DNA of 64,000 bases from Longimicrobiales bacterium (GCA_965248195.1 CBDFIQ010000001.1:1248001-1312000), one strand, 5' to 3'; positions 39,179 to 49,640 are shown, numbered from the stretch's first letter. Notes: generated from the letters alone by a model not told the origin. Numbers and translations: made by a program.

Positions 39179-40931
39179 TTACCGAGCCAGCGGCTCGATA
39201 TGAACGATCCGGCCTTCGTGGTTCCCACCGATCCACGAGCTGGAGAGCCCGCCGCTCTCGGACCGCTGCACATGCATGTGGCGAATGTTAAATTCCGCCG
39301 GGAGGAGGTAGAAATTCCACTCTCCCGTCTCTTCGTTCATCCGTGCGACTTGGTCGGCAGAGATCGATCCCGTCCAGACATAGCCGGCGTCGTCGTTCAC
39401 GGCCATGTAGGGCTGAAACCAGGGCATCGGGATGGGGAACAGCTCGATTGCCTCCTTGGCGGGCAAGCTCGGGTCGAGCTTTCCGACGTAATTGCCGTCG
39501 AAACCACCAAACCACAGGCGGTCCTGAGCATCAAAATAGCCTCGCCGGCTGCCGCCCCCGAGGCCCGTTTCACCGCGGGGCTCTTCGGGGATCGGATAAT
39601 AGGTGATTTCGTGGGTCTCAGCATCCACCCGCCAGAACTGAGTGCTTCCCCGGCTGGCACCGTACGCGTTGTTCTTCGAGTCCACGTAGTGATCGTAGGC
39701 AGATAGGTTCCCAACGGGCGTCCCCTCCCACTTCCCGTCGTCAAGGAACTGCGCCTGATACAGCTGGCCGCCAGTGCGGAACCAAACGTTTCCATCCACG
39801 TGCTGGGAGTTGGCCGCCGTAAAATGACCGGTACCCGCATAGAACTCGAACGTCTCCGACTCCGTGTCGAAAACGGCGGTGTACCCGATTCCCCCCCTGA
39901 GACCCGGTGGAGCCAGGTAGAATTTGCCCTGCCCATCCGGCATCAGGACTCGATTGCCGACCGGTATCATCGACCCTTCCGCCGCCATCTCCGGGAGGAT
40001 ATCCACCAGGTCCGGGAACCTGTATTCGACAGTCTCGCCGGTCTTGGGGTTCAGCTTTCCGATCACGTTGTCGTTGAAATCGTCGTAGTAGATCCATCCA
40101 TCCGGCCCCATCTGCACATCGTGGGGCTTGGCGACCACCCGAGGAAGGTCGTACATCGTGTAGATCACGTTGGTGTTCTCGCCCGTGGGCCGCGGATACG
40201 TCTTCAGGGGATATTGCCAAGGACCTTTACTGAGATTGATCGCGGAAACGGCTTTGGACTGCAGGTCATGGAGGGGAGTGGGCGGGCGCGCCATTACTCC
40301 GTCTCCCCTTCCCCAGTCGACCGCCTGGGCCTAGTGGTATCTGGTAGGTCTCCGGCGTACTGCCGAGCCAGTAATACGACATTCGCTGCATGACATACGA
40401 GAGCTGCTGCTCGTTGAATCTAGACATTGCCACCCTCTGCTGGTCGTGACAACGGGCGCAGTCCCTCAGGGCGACGAAGGTCGTTTCCTCGGGTAGCGGA
40501 TAGCTCCACAGCCATTCCGCGCTGGAGAGTTGTAGGGCCTTCTCCAGTAGGGTGGCCTCCTCCAGGTGCAGATCCCACACAGAGGGAGCCTGCCCGGTTA
40601 CCTCCACGACGCTCGTCGAGGGCCGCAGCACGTAGCCCGCTGCCCGGACCCCGATGGTGTACTCGCCCGGCTCCAGTCTGTCGCTGGGGAAACTGTAAAC
40701 ACCGGCGGCATCGCTCACGACGGTGACCGTGATGTTGGAGCTCTCTCGTCTGGCACTTACGAGCACTCCCTCCATGCGGCCTTCCGGGAGCGAGGTCACC
40801 GAGCCCGTCAGAGCGGGAGTTGTCGACTGCAAAGCGTGTACGGCCTGGTGGCCCGGCCAGATTACCAGTCCCACCACGATGGCTCCGACCATCCCTGGCG
40901 CGATCCCCTTAACTGCCGTCTTCGTTTTCAC
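39179..40931 (-). pseudogene. Frameshifted paralog of the heme c/Vgb-like fusion (or sequencing error)
   Basis: ORFs 40266..40931 (CARCH) and 39179..40294 align with the two halves of 37300..39084; removing one base at 40330-40331 restores QIPLAQAVDWGRGDGVMARPP colinear with QMRRNQVANWGREGGVMARPP. Confidence 0.88.
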
Positions 40932-41348
40932 GGCGACCTCTCCTTGTTCGTGAAAAACGTGTCCGGGTCATCGGAACCGGCTCAACGATTCGAGCCGTCC
41001 GGAAGCGCGTTCGTCGCGGTGGTCCTGATAGGAGCCTCCATTGTTCACCCCGCAGAGATTGCTGCGGAAAGCGGCGCGGGGTGGGCGGCCGGTCAAGCCA
41101 CTGCGTAGCACTTCTTCGGCCGGATGTCAAACGAGTCACTGCACCGGTCCCGGTTTTCTGGTGTACGAGTTGAAAATGGTACTCGGGATTAGTGGATGAT
41201 TCCCTTTTTCTCCCCACAGGATTGCGAAAACCGGGGTCTCCCAGAAACCCCTCTCTTGTCGAGTTTTCCGTGAGCGATGCGCTCGCGGTCACAGAGATCC
41301 TTGAGGGCGAGCTCAAGCGAGACCCGGGCGAGGACACCGGCGCTTTGT

Positions 41349-42062
41349 TCAGCGACAGTGGGGGGCGGAGACCGTCACACCTTTGGCTTTCAGGGCAGTC
41401 ACGTCCGTGCAACTCACGCTCGTGTTCCAGAGATTGACCCCATCACCCGTTCCGAGCCCTGTGTTGGCCAGCAAAGGCTGAATGTCGGTGAGGTCGGGGT
41501 TATTGTCGAGCCGGAGGGAGCTAAGGCTCATGAGCCCGCTCAGCGCGCTAATGTCGGTAATCGAGTTGTTGTTGAGGCGGAGCCAGGTCAGGCTCGTGAG
41601 CCGGCTGAGCGCGCTCATGTCGCTGATCGAGCTGTCGCCAAGCCAGAGGTCCGACAGGCTGGTGAGACCACTCAGCACGCTGATGTCGGTGATCGAGTTG
41701 GAGGTGAGGTCGAGCTCCGTCAGGCTCGTGAGCCCGCTCAGCGCGCTGATGTCGGTAATGATTCCCCCAAGGTCCCCGATGCTGGAGGAGTTAGCAACTA
41801 ATGACGTCAGCCTAGATAACAGGTCGCAGGTAAGATCCTCCTGGGCACCGACCGAGAGTTGGTCCCTCACTGCCGCGTCCAAATGGCCATCCGAGAACGT
41901 CGTGATGGCCGACGATGGGTTGTCGGAGCAAAGCTCACTGGGCTGAAGGACCGGCGGTGGATCGGTAGGCTCGTCCACATTGAGAAGCCCCCCGTCGTTA
42001 GCTCCGCAGCCCAGCTGGAGAAGAAGCGAGCCGATAATGAGCGGCAGTACACGTCGCTTCAT
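41349..42062 (-). CDS. Internalin-like leucine-rich repeat lipoprotein
   Basis: Lipobox QLGC; 22-aa repeats ITDISALSGLTSLTELDLTSNS. Confidence 0.9.
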   Translation of the reverse strand: MKRRVLPLIIGSLLLQLGCGANDGGLLNVDEPTDPPPVLQPSELCSDNPSSAITTFSDGHLDAAVRDQLSVGAQEDLTCDLLSRLTSLVANSSSIGDLGGIITDISALSGLTSLTELDLTSNSITDISVLSGLTSLSDLWLGDSSISDMSALSRLTSLTWLRLNNNSITDISALSGLMSLSSLRLDNNPDLTDIQPLLANTGLGTGDGVNLWNTSVSCTDVTALKAKGVTVSAPHCR

Positions 42063-42388
42063 GCCTGAGTCCTCCTGCCAAGCGGCCTAGTAGTCCCGTC
42101 GTCGGGGCGGGCGCTCTAGGGGGCGTCTACTGCGGCGGCGGGACCCGAAGGCCCCATTTGTTCAAGATTTCATCATACGCTGCACGGATTCGTGTCGCCA
42201 TCAGCCGACAGCCGGTGCGGGCAGCGCGAGCCGATGCGTGAGCCCGAGCGAGTCGTCGCGCCGATAACGCGCCTCGGTTGTTCTACCCCTTTTCGCCGGA
42301 GTCGGACACTACTCGTACTTGACAAGGCTGGATTCAAGATCCGGTATAAGGTAAGATTTCGAAGTCACACCCGAGAGGGGGGGCGCCC

Positions 42389-42805
42389 ATGTCTTGCCGC
42401 CGCTGTGCATCGCTTGTCCTCGCCGTTTTGGCCTCCGCCTGCAGTGCGTCCGCCAATACGCCGCTCGGCCAGGAGTTCGAGACTGCGGCAGCGGCCACCC
42501 GGGGGACCGTGAATCTCATCGTCCGGGCCGAGCTTGAGCAAGCCGCGGGCCAGACCGCCTGGCAGGCGGTCGAGAACCTTCGCGGACGCTGGTTACAACC
42601 CGTGCGGGGCCGCAGCTTTGTCTCTGGACCTGCGTATGCTCGCATCGTGGTCGATCAAACCACCCGTGGTGATCTCCAACAACTCAGGTCGATGATCGTT
42701 GATGACGTCGAAACCATGCGGCGTCTCTCGCCCTCAGAGGCAACCACCAGGTACGGCACTGGATATCCTGGCGGGGTCATCGAAGTGACGACGAGGGGCC
42801 GCTGA
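42389..42805 (+). CDS. Small lipoprotein resembling a stand-alone TonB plug domain
   Basis: Lipobox ASAC; C-terminal ATTRYGTGYPGGVIEVTTR resembles plug AATLYG..GVIQIITK. Confidence 0.7.
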   Translation: MSCRRCASLVLAVLASACSASANTPLGQEFETAAAATRGTVNLIVRAELEQAAGQTAWQAVENLRGRWLQPVRGRSFVSGPAYARIVVDQTTRGDLQQLRSMIVDDVETMRRLSPSEATTRYGTGYPGGVIEVTTRGR

Positions 42806-42898
42806 GAAGCCCACCGCGGGCTCTGGGCTATGGGCTGGGTCTGACCGTGCCGGCGAGTGCGGGCTTCTGGAGTCCACTAAAAAGGGGGCGGGTAACTC

Positions 42899-43930
42899 AT
42901 GAGTCCTATCATCGATCGCCGGAGGTTTCTCCTTTCCCTCCCTGGCGTTGCCCTCGCGCCTCGGATCCTCGCGCAGATAGGTCGCCAGGCCCTCCCGGCT
43001 CTCGCGCTCAACCACGTCGCGCTCAGCGTCTCCGATCCGGGGCGGTCCGTCGAATTCTACCAGGGACTGTTCGGGATGCCGATCCAGGCTCGCCAGGGTG
43101 GAACGACCGTTCTTCGGATCGGCGATGGGCCCCAATTCATGGCGGTCGGTGTTGCGCCCAGGGGCCAAGCGCCCAGCATCAGCCGCCTCGGGCTCGCTGT
43201 GGAGGACTTCGATCCCGATCGGATCATCGAGACGCTTGCGGCATTTGGGGTCAGGCAAGCCGGACCCGGGATGCCGGCCGAACGTGCGATGAGGGTGTGG
43301 ACCGTGAGACGGGGAGCGGAGGAGGGGGGCGGCTCGGAGGGAACAGAGGAGCTGTACCTCGGCGACCCCGGCGGGCTCGTAGTACAGCTTCTGGATGCGG
43401 CGCACTGCGGGGGTACGGGACCACTGGGAACCGTCTGCGGAACTCCCGAACGGTCATCTGTCAGCGGCCTTCTCGCGGTGCGCGACCTCAACCACTGCTG
43501 CGTCAGGGTATCGGACCCTCAGGGCTGGAACCGGTTCTATCAGGATGCGTTCGGGCTGCCTGTGCAGGCCCTACAGGGAAGCACCCCGGCGCTCGGGCTT
43601 GGCGGCGGGCCGCAGTTCCTCATGGCCCCAGGCGGTGCTGGGGCTGGACCCCGGCCGGGCTATATCGACCACGCCTGTCTGACGGTCGAAGCGTTCGATA
43701 CGGAAGAGATCCTCGGGACGCTGAGTGACTTCGGTATTCAGCCGCCCGCCGAGGGCGGACGCCCCGTCGGTCCCTTGAGATCGTACATCAGTATGCGGAT
43801 GCCCAACCGGGGTGGTGTCGAAGGGGGCACGCCGGAGCTGTACTTCACCGATCCGGATGGGATTCGCATCCAGCTCCAGGACACAACCTATTGCGGAGGA
43901 GGTGGACCCTTGGGCGAAATTTGCGGCTAA
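42899..43930 (+). CDS. Tat-exported tandem VOC (glyoxalase-like) protein
   Basis: DRRRFLL; LNHVALSVSDP / LNHCCVRVSDP; YFTDPDGIRIQLQ. Confidence 0.88.
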   Translation: MSPIIDRRRFLLSLPGVALAPRILAQIGRQALPALALNHVALSVSDPGRSVEFYQGLFGMPIQARQGGTTVLRIGDGPQFMAVGVAPRGQAPSISRLGLAVEDFDPDRIIETLAAFGVRQAGPGMPAERAMRVWTVRRGAEEGGGSEGTEELYLGDPGGLVVQLLDAAHCGGTGPLGTVCGTPERSSVSGLLAVRDLNHCCVRVSDPQGWNRFYQDAFGLPVQALQGSTPALGLGGGPQFLMAPGGAGAGPRPGYIDHACLTVEAFDTEEILGTLSDFGIQPPAEGGRPVGPLRSYISMRMPNRGGVEGGTPELYFTDPDGIRIQLQDTTYCGGGGPLGEICG

Positions 43931-44059
43931 CTGCTGGGTCACCAGGCTTGATTTCCAACGACTTACGCATTCAGTTCTCTTCTCACCGGAAAGTGCCCTA
44001 AACGAAGCCTGCTGCGCTTTCCGCTGGCTTGCGGAGCCGTCTCCGCGCATGAGGAAATT

Positions 44060-44761
44060 ATGACAAGGCACGTCCGCAGAGTCGGTCTGGTGTCGGCCGC
44101 GTTGTTGGTCCTTTCGTCATCCGCGCTCGCTCAGCAGTACGCCCCATCATTTCCGCGAGACGGAGCGACAAAGCTCCTCGAGAACGAGTTTGTGACGATC
44201 TGGGATGTGACCTACGAAAAGGGCGAGTCCGCCACGATGCAGGAGCACCGATACGATCAAGTCTCTGTGACCCTGAGCGACGGGGCTGTCAAAGTGACTC
44301 GACCTGACAACACGTGGACCGTTGATCACAGCAGATTCGCCACGGTGCGCTTTGAACCAAAGGGGACGATCACTGCGGAAGAAGGTGTCAGCGACACACC
44401 CAGACGTGCGATCGTTGTCGAGTTGAAGGACTATGAGGTCCCCATGCTTGACCCGAACCTCGCCGCCGAGCTGCGGGCCCAAGGCATGCGCGGCCAGTTT
44501 CCACGGGAAGAAGCGACCAAGCTCCTTGAAACCGAGCGGGTGATCGTCTGGGACAACCAGTACAGGCTCGGCCAAGGAGCGCGGCACGCGCACTATAACC
44601 AGGTCGTCGGTGTGTGGATCGAGGCCGGCTCGCTCAACAACAGCCCGAGGACTGTCGGGCAGGTGAACTTTCGCGCGCCGGGCCCGCCTCATCAAGAAGA
44701 AGCACGAAATCCGCTTCCCCGGGCCATTTTCATTGAATACCAAAGGGGAAGTCGGTACTGA
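44060..44761 (+). CDS. Exported double cupin-like protein
   Basis: Signal peptide; internal repeat FPR..ATKLLE.E.V..WD; His motifs HRY, HAH, PHQEE. Confidence 0.72.
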   Translation: MTRHVRRVGLVSAALLVLSSSALAQQYAPSFPRDGATKLLENEFVTIWDVTYEKGESATMQEHRYDQVSVTLSDGAVKVTRPDNTWTVDHSRFATVRFEPKGTITAEEGVSDTPRRAIVVELKDYEVPMLDPNLAAELRAQGMRGQFPREEATKLLETERVIVWDNQYRLGQGARHAHYNQVVGVWIEAGSLNNSPRTVGQVNFRAPGPPHQEEARNPLPRAIFIEYQRGSRY

Positions 44762-44843
44762 GGTCCCGCGCCTCATTGAGTCGAGCGCGGGGTGATGCGG
44801 CCGCTAGCGGCCGCGGGGGAGCTAAGTCAACTGCGGGCCGTCA

Positions 44844-47654
44844 TCACGGGTTCAGCCAATAGTTGACCTTTATTAGAAAGATGTTGTCGGGACGGATGTC
44901 GAAGAGCTCGTCCGTGTCCCGACCCAGGTCGAACTGGCCGATCCGCCCCACTCTCTGGTCGGAGTCCCATGCGTTGACCCGTTGTGCACGGCTCTGCTGC
45001 CAGACCAGAAAAAGGGTCGAGCCCGCACGCCACTCCCACCGGAGCACCGCGTTCCCAAGGAGGCTCCTGGTGTTGAAGTCCCGGTTCGCCACCACGAATT
45101 CCTCGGCCGGGCCGTCCCCGTCCGGGTCTACCAGGAAGTGTCCGTCCCCCCGGTCGGTGAGCGTCCCGACGTCTTCACCGTAGCGGAGGAAGTCGAAGGT
45201 CCGGGGTGCTCGGAACTCCTTCAGATCGCTGAAGTCCCCACTGGCGAGGAAGGGCTGGGCATAGAGCTCGAAGGACAGGGTAGGTGAAAGCGTGACGTTC
45301 ATCCGAGCGTTGACAGACAGGGTCGTCTGCTTGAGGCCCGCGAAGATGTAGCGGTGCCCGAAGGTGGCGTTGGCCAGGGGGTCGGCTAGCGCGGTGACAT
45401 ACTGCGCGGACGTGTAACTCCGGGAGTATCGAGGACCGAGCTGGACCTCCCAGTTCTCGCGGATCCGGTATGTCAGATTCACGTTGACCGCGCTGTCCCG
45501 CGTCCGGTCCCTGTTTCTTACCCAGTTGTACGTGGCCCTGATGGAGTACGCCCGCCTGGTGTCCGAGTTGACGCTGAAGTTTCCGGAGAAGCCCGCTGGC
45601 GCCTTCGCCAGGGGGCCACCCCGGGTCAGGCGGTCGTCGTCGACGGTCGGGTTCATGCGGATTCGGGCCCCCACGCCCCAGTAGTTCAGCAGCTGCCAGC
45701 TGGCTACAAGGAGAAACCGGGCGTGGAGCAGATCGCCTCCATAGTTCCACATGGCGTCGGGCCCGCCCTCGAGGCTCCAGTTCCGGAAGACGTCGCCGGG
45801 TACGGTCTCTTGGAAAATGAAGTTCGTGTCCACGATGAGACGGTCCGTGCGGGGCTGAAAGCCCAGATCGTTTATCTCGTAGCCCGGGCTCTCTGCGGCG
45901 AGATCGACTTTCATCCGGTACGCTCCGGCGATCTTCGCCAGCTTGAGCATGGCGTAGTAGCCCGCGAGCGATGTCAGGTTCGGGTCGACCTCCAGATGAT
46001 CCGCGTCGGGCCGCTGGAAGTAGTGCGCCGAAGATCGCTGGGTCACGACGAGCGCGTCGGATGAGCCCAGGACCAGGCTCGACGTGAACGCTCCGGTGAG
46101 ACTCCAGCTCCGGTCTGTCCACTCGTGGTTGAAGTCCACGCCGGCCTGGTATGCGGCGGAGTGGAGGTTGGCCCGGAGCAGCGGTAGCGCGAAGCCGAGT
46201 CTCCGGTTCACCGCGCTGACCATCATCCCGAAACGGGTTTGGCCACCCAACATGTCTCGCCGTAGCCGGCCCACCAGGTAATTCGTCCTTGGCTCCGTCA
46301 CGGCCTCCGAGCGGAAGCCCGCCGCGTCGATCCAGGGCGCCGTCTCCCGCTGAGTCACGGCGCCGAGCAACCCCACCGACCACCCATCTCTGGTCCGGCC
46401 AGTGAGCTTCGCCGCTCCGAGGATCGTCGTCGCGCGCGGTTCGTCAGAATAGGCTACAGCCGACGGAACACTTCCCTGGGGTGGCCTCCCGATTCGCCTG
46501 GAGTAGAGGAACTCGGGCGGTCGCCCCGTCGACCCCCTGACTTCTTGCTCCGAGAACTGGAAGATATCCGCTCCTTCTACGAAGAACGGGCGCTTTTCTT
46601 GGAACCGGGTCTCGAAGGCGGTAAGATTGATCACCGCTGGGTCGACCTCGACCTGTCCGAAGTCCGGATTCACGGCAGCATCCAGCGTGAGGTTCGAGCT
46701 GACCCGGTATTTCAGGTCGAGACCTGTACTGGCGTAGTAGTCCGATCCGCTCCGAAAGGGGTTTCCGAAGCCCGCATCCGTTGCGTCCTCGAGCTGGAGG
46801 TACTCGGCTCGAACAACTGTATACGGGAGGAGTTCGAGCCTCCGGCCGGCCTCGACGTCGCGGATCCCGTCTAGGTGAGCGTAGCGGGCCACCCCGCCCC
46901 GCACGAGCTTCGGGACGAACGCGAATAGGACCTGCTCCTCCCGCCGTCGGATGGTCCGCTCGAGCTGGATCCCCCACTCCTGTGCCTCCTCCCGGCTGAA
47001 CCGCAGCTGGCTGAAGGGGATTCGCATCTCGACGCTCCACCCGTCATCGGTGACGTCCGTGGCCACGTCCCAAACCGGGTCCCATGAGGTGTCCTCGGAG
47101 CGACGCCGCCCACTAGCGCTGCCCCCCGTTCCGACGCCGCCCAGGTCGGAGACGATTTCGTCGCGCCTTTGGCCCGACGGATTCGTGGTGAACCGATATG
47201 CCATCAGGTGGTCGTGATAGCTGTCGATGTAGACCGCAAACAGGTCCGAGTCCGGGATCTGGGCATCCCTGCGGGCCAGGCGGGTCCGGACCTCGCCTGA
47301 GTCGTAGAGCATCGCCCCGACGTACAGGGCTTCGTCGTCGTAGACGATTCGCACCTCCGTCGGCTGGGTTGCCGGCTCCCCTTCCTCCGGATCGATCTGG
47401 GTGAAGTGGGTGATCGGTGGGGCGCTGACCCAGCCCACGTCATCCAGCCGCCCGTCGACCCGGATCGATCCGGGGATTCGGACGGCCGTGGCCCGTGGAG
47501 CGTCGGCATGGGGTTGAAGGGGACCGGAACCGGACCCCTCGGGCTCGCCGGAGCGCTGTCCCAGGAGCGATGAAGGAGCGAGAAAAGCGTACAGAGGGGC
47601 AAGCACACACAGGAGCTGCCGGGTGTCCCGACCTGCAGACCGGATCAGGAACAT
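44844..47654 (-). CDS. DUF5916 outer-membrane protein with CBM9-like domain
   Basis: IRVDGRLDD, GWSVEMRIPFSQLRF, NPDFGQVEVDPAVINL, LRWEWRAGSTLFLVWQQ, KVNYW. Confidence 0.88.
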   Translation of the reverse strand: MFLIRSAGRDTRQLLCVLAPLYAFLAPSSLLGQRSGEPEGSGSGPLQPHADAPRATAVRIPGSIRVDGRLDDVGWVSAPPITHFTQIDPEEGEPATQPTEVRIVYDDEALYVGAMLYDSGEVRTRLARRDAQIPDSDLFAVYIDSYHDHLMAYRFTTNPSGQRRDEIVSDLGGVGTGGSASGRRRSEDTSWDPVWDVATDVTDDGWSVEMRIPFSQLRFSREEAQEWGIQLERTIRRREEQVLFAFVPKLVRGGVARYAHLDGIRDVEAGRRLELLPYTVVRAEYLQLEDATDAGFGNPFRSGSDYYASTGLDLKYRVSSNLTLDAAVNPDFGQVEVDPAVINLTAFETRFQEKRPFFVEGADIFQFSEQEVRGSTGRPPEFLYSRRIGRPPQGSVPSAVAYSDEPRATTILGAAKLTGRTRDGWSVGLLGAVTQRETAPWIDAAGFRSEAVTEPRTNYLVGRLRRDMLGGQTRFGMMVSAVNRRLGFALPLLRANLHSAAYQAGVDFNHEWTDRSWSLTGAFTSSLVLGSSDALVVTQRSSAHYFQRPDADHLEVDPNLTSLAGYYAMLKLAKIAGAYRMKVDLAAESPGYEINDLGFQPRTDRLIVDTNFIFQETVPGDVFRNWSLEGGPDAMWNYGGDLLHARFLLVASWQLLNYWGVGARIRMNPTVDDDRLTRGGPLAKAPAGFSGNFSVNSDTRRAYSIRATYNWVRNRDRTRDSAVNVNLTYRIRENWEVQLGPRYSRSYTSAQYVTALADPLANATFGHRYIFAGLKQTTLSVNARMNVTLSPTLSFELYAQPFLASGDFSDLKEFRAPRTFDFLRYGEDVGTLTDRGDGHFLVDPDGDGPAEEFVVANRDFNTRSLLGNAVLRWEWRAGSTLFLVWQQSRAQRVNAWDSDQRVGRIGQFDLGRDTDELFDIRPDNIFLIKVNYWLNP

Positions 47655-47742
47655 CGAGGGCCGTCCATCTCGATGGCGACGGAGCAGGGTTGGCGGCGAC
47701 GTGAGGTACGGACGGTTCAGGCCGTAGGCCGCACGAGGGACG

Positions 47743-48318
47743 CTAGCGGTTCCTCAGATATTCTCTCGAATCCGCCTCGTCCTTCAACGGAACCACCTTG
47801 TCCGGATCGACCCGGATCATGACGTACCTGATATGATCATCGATCCTCGTGAACTGGTGGCCGGTACCGGCAGGGATGACAAGAATGTCACCCGCCGACA
47901 GCTGGTGGGTCGTGCCATTACGGATCTCAGTGGCGTTGTGACCCGGTCCGTTCAAGAACTGGACGGCACGGTTATTCGCCGGTCTCGGCACCGCATTGAC
48001 GAGCTCGGAGCCTGTCACGTTCGTCCCGGATCCGCTGATCACGTAATAGACTTCGGTGACGAGGTCGTGCTCGGCGACCCCCCCTGGTTGCTCCAATCTT
48101 CCCCGATGAGAAATGGCGATCTGCACTTGTGACTTGCCGATGTCCAGAGATCTAACCTGTTGATCGGCACTAGCGACCTCGAGATACTCTTGGATCTCCT
48201 CGGCGCTGACGTACGTGGACTCGCAGTCCTCGCAGAAGGTCTGTACCTCTTGCCCCACCGACCGACCGAGGACAAAGGTCCCCACAAAGGCCGGGACCAA
48301 TAGCATCGCTGTTTTCAT
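47743..48318 (-). CDS. Exported cupin-domain protein
   Basis: AEHDLVTEVYYVISGSG and GDILVIPAGTGHQF; AAGGAGAGG RBS before ATG 48318. Confidence 0.85.
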   Translation of the reverse strand: MKTAMLLVPAFVGTFVLGRSVGQEVQTFCEDCESTYVSAEEIQEYLEVASADQQVRSLDIGKSQVQIAISHRGRLEQPGGVAEHDLVTEVYYVISGSGTNVTGSELVNAVPRPANNRAVQFLNGPGHNATEIRNGTTHQLSAGDILVIPAGTGHQFTRIDDHIRYVMIRVDPDKVVPLKDEADSREYLRNR

Positions 48319-48519
48319 GACCTCTCCTTTAGCAGACGCCAAGAACTTTCCATTTCCCGCAGTGGGAGTCCATTCTGCTTCCGACGCGAATGGCGGGGCC
48401 TCTGGATCGCAACATGCAGGAACGATGTGAGCCGCGACAGGGGGAGGCCGCTTGGCGACCGACGCGCTCCTCCACTATTTTGTGCAGCTACCGCCGCTGG
48501 CCTGATGCGCTGGCCGCGG

Positions 48520-48541
48520 CTGTACTCCTTCAACAGCCTTC
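48520..48541. mobile_element. Solo end of the MITE at 51697..51999
   Basis: CTGTACTCCTTCAACAGCCTTC, 21/22 identical to MITE right TIR. Confidence 0.7.
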
Positions 48542-48560
48542 TTCAAGAACCGAGGAGCCC

Positions 48561-48977
48561 ATGCCGCGGGTGACCATCACCAGAGAGGTCCACTTCAGCG
48601 CGGCGCACCGCGTGTTCAATCCCGAGTGGAGCGACGAGCGCAACTTCGAGGTGTTCGGGCCGTGCGCCAATCCCAACTGGCACGGACACGATTATGTGCT
48701 CTATGTGGCGGTCGAGTCGGAGCTGGATCGGGACACGGGCTTTGTCATGGACTTCAAGGACTTGAAGTCGGTCGTGGAATCCCGCGTCGTGGAGGACATG
48801 GACCACAAGAACGTGAATCTCGACGTGCCGTGGATGGAAGGACTCATCGCGTCTGCCGAAAACATCGTCGTCGCGATCTGGGACCGGCTCGTAGACGGCC
48901 TGCCCGACGGTGTGAAGCTCGCAAAGCTCACCCTGTGGGAGACGCCCCGCCATTACGTGGAGTACTCCGGTGAGTAG
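48561..48977 (+). CDS. 6-pyruvoyl-tetrahydropterin synthase family (QueD/PTPS), CX5HGH type
   Basis: [49 protein letters not shown]. Confidence 0.92.
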   Translation: MPRVTITREVHFSAAHRVFNPEWSDERNFEVFGPCANPNWHGHDYVLYVAVESELDRDTGFVMDFKDLKSVVESRVVEDMDHKNVNLDVPWMEGLIASAENIVVAIWDRLVDGLPDGVKLAKLTLWETPRHYVEYSGE

Positions 48978-49560
48978 CGACCTCTCAGGGGCGGCGTTCG
49001 AGGAGCTCGTGGCCGAGATGATCCGGCGGCTCGGGGATGACCCCGAGCGAGAAGGGCTCAAGCGGACACCCGAGCGCGTGGCGAAGAGCCTGGCGTTCCT
49101 CACGCAGGGCTACGGGATGAAGTTCGAGGACGTCGCCAACGGGGCGCTCTTCGAGGACTGCCACCGGAACATGGTTCTGGTGAAGGACATCGAGATGTAC
49201 TCGCTGTGCGAACACCATCTCCTGCCCTTCTTCGGCAAGGTGCACGTCGCCTACATCCCTAACGGCAAGATCGTGGGGCTGTCCAAAATCGCCCGCCTGG
49301 TCGAGGTCTATGCTCGCCGCCTTCAGGTGCAGGAGCGGATGACGGAGCAGGTGGCCCAAGCGATCTGGGAAGGGGTCGAGCCGGAGGGAGTGGGCGTCGT
49401 GGTGGAGGCCTACCACCTGTGCATGATGATGCGGGGCGTGCAGAAGCAAAACTCGAAAACGATCACCTCCGCCATGCGGGGGTCGTTTCTCAAAGACAAG
49501 ATGACGCGCGACGAGTTTCTGAGTCTCTGCATGACCGACCACAATCCTCTCTCGCAGTGA
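48970..49560 (+). CDS. folE: GTP cyclohydrolase I
   Basis: [49 protein letters not shown]. Confidence 0.97.
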   Translation: MSSDLSGAAFEELVAEMIRRLGDDPEREGLKRTPERVAKSLAFLTQGYGMKFEDVANGALFEDCHRNMVLVKDIEMYSLCEHHLLPFFGKVHVAYIPNGKIVGLSKIARLVEVYARRLQVQERMTEQVAQAIWEGVEPEGVGVVVEAYHLCMMMRGVQKQNSKTITSAMRGSFLKDKMTRDEFLSLCMTDHNPLSQ

Positions 49561-49640
49561 GCGATCCACGGCCTGCGATTTCTCGGTGAGCGATCTACGG
49601 CCTGCGATTTCTCAGTGAGCGATCCACGGCCTGCGGATTT
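49557..49640 (+). repeat. 29-nt tandem repeat x3 spanning folE stop and SDR start
   Basis: GTGAGCGATC(C/T)ACGGCCTGCGATTTCTC(G/A) at 49557, 49586, 49615. Confidence 0.92.

Noticed and set aside
40320..40340. Programmed ribosomal frameshift
   Set aside because: No slippery run or stimulatory structure; adjacent paralog is continuous
42319..42350. TTGACA...TATAAG promoter
   Set aside because: Spacer is 20 nt, too long
48561..48977. queD / queuosine or 7-deazaguanine DNA modification cluster
   Set aside because: CX5HGH motif and no queC, queE or dpd genes in window
49557..49640. 29-nt repeats as a CRISPR array
   Set aside because: Units abut with no spacers, no cas genes, and they copy the SDR 5' end
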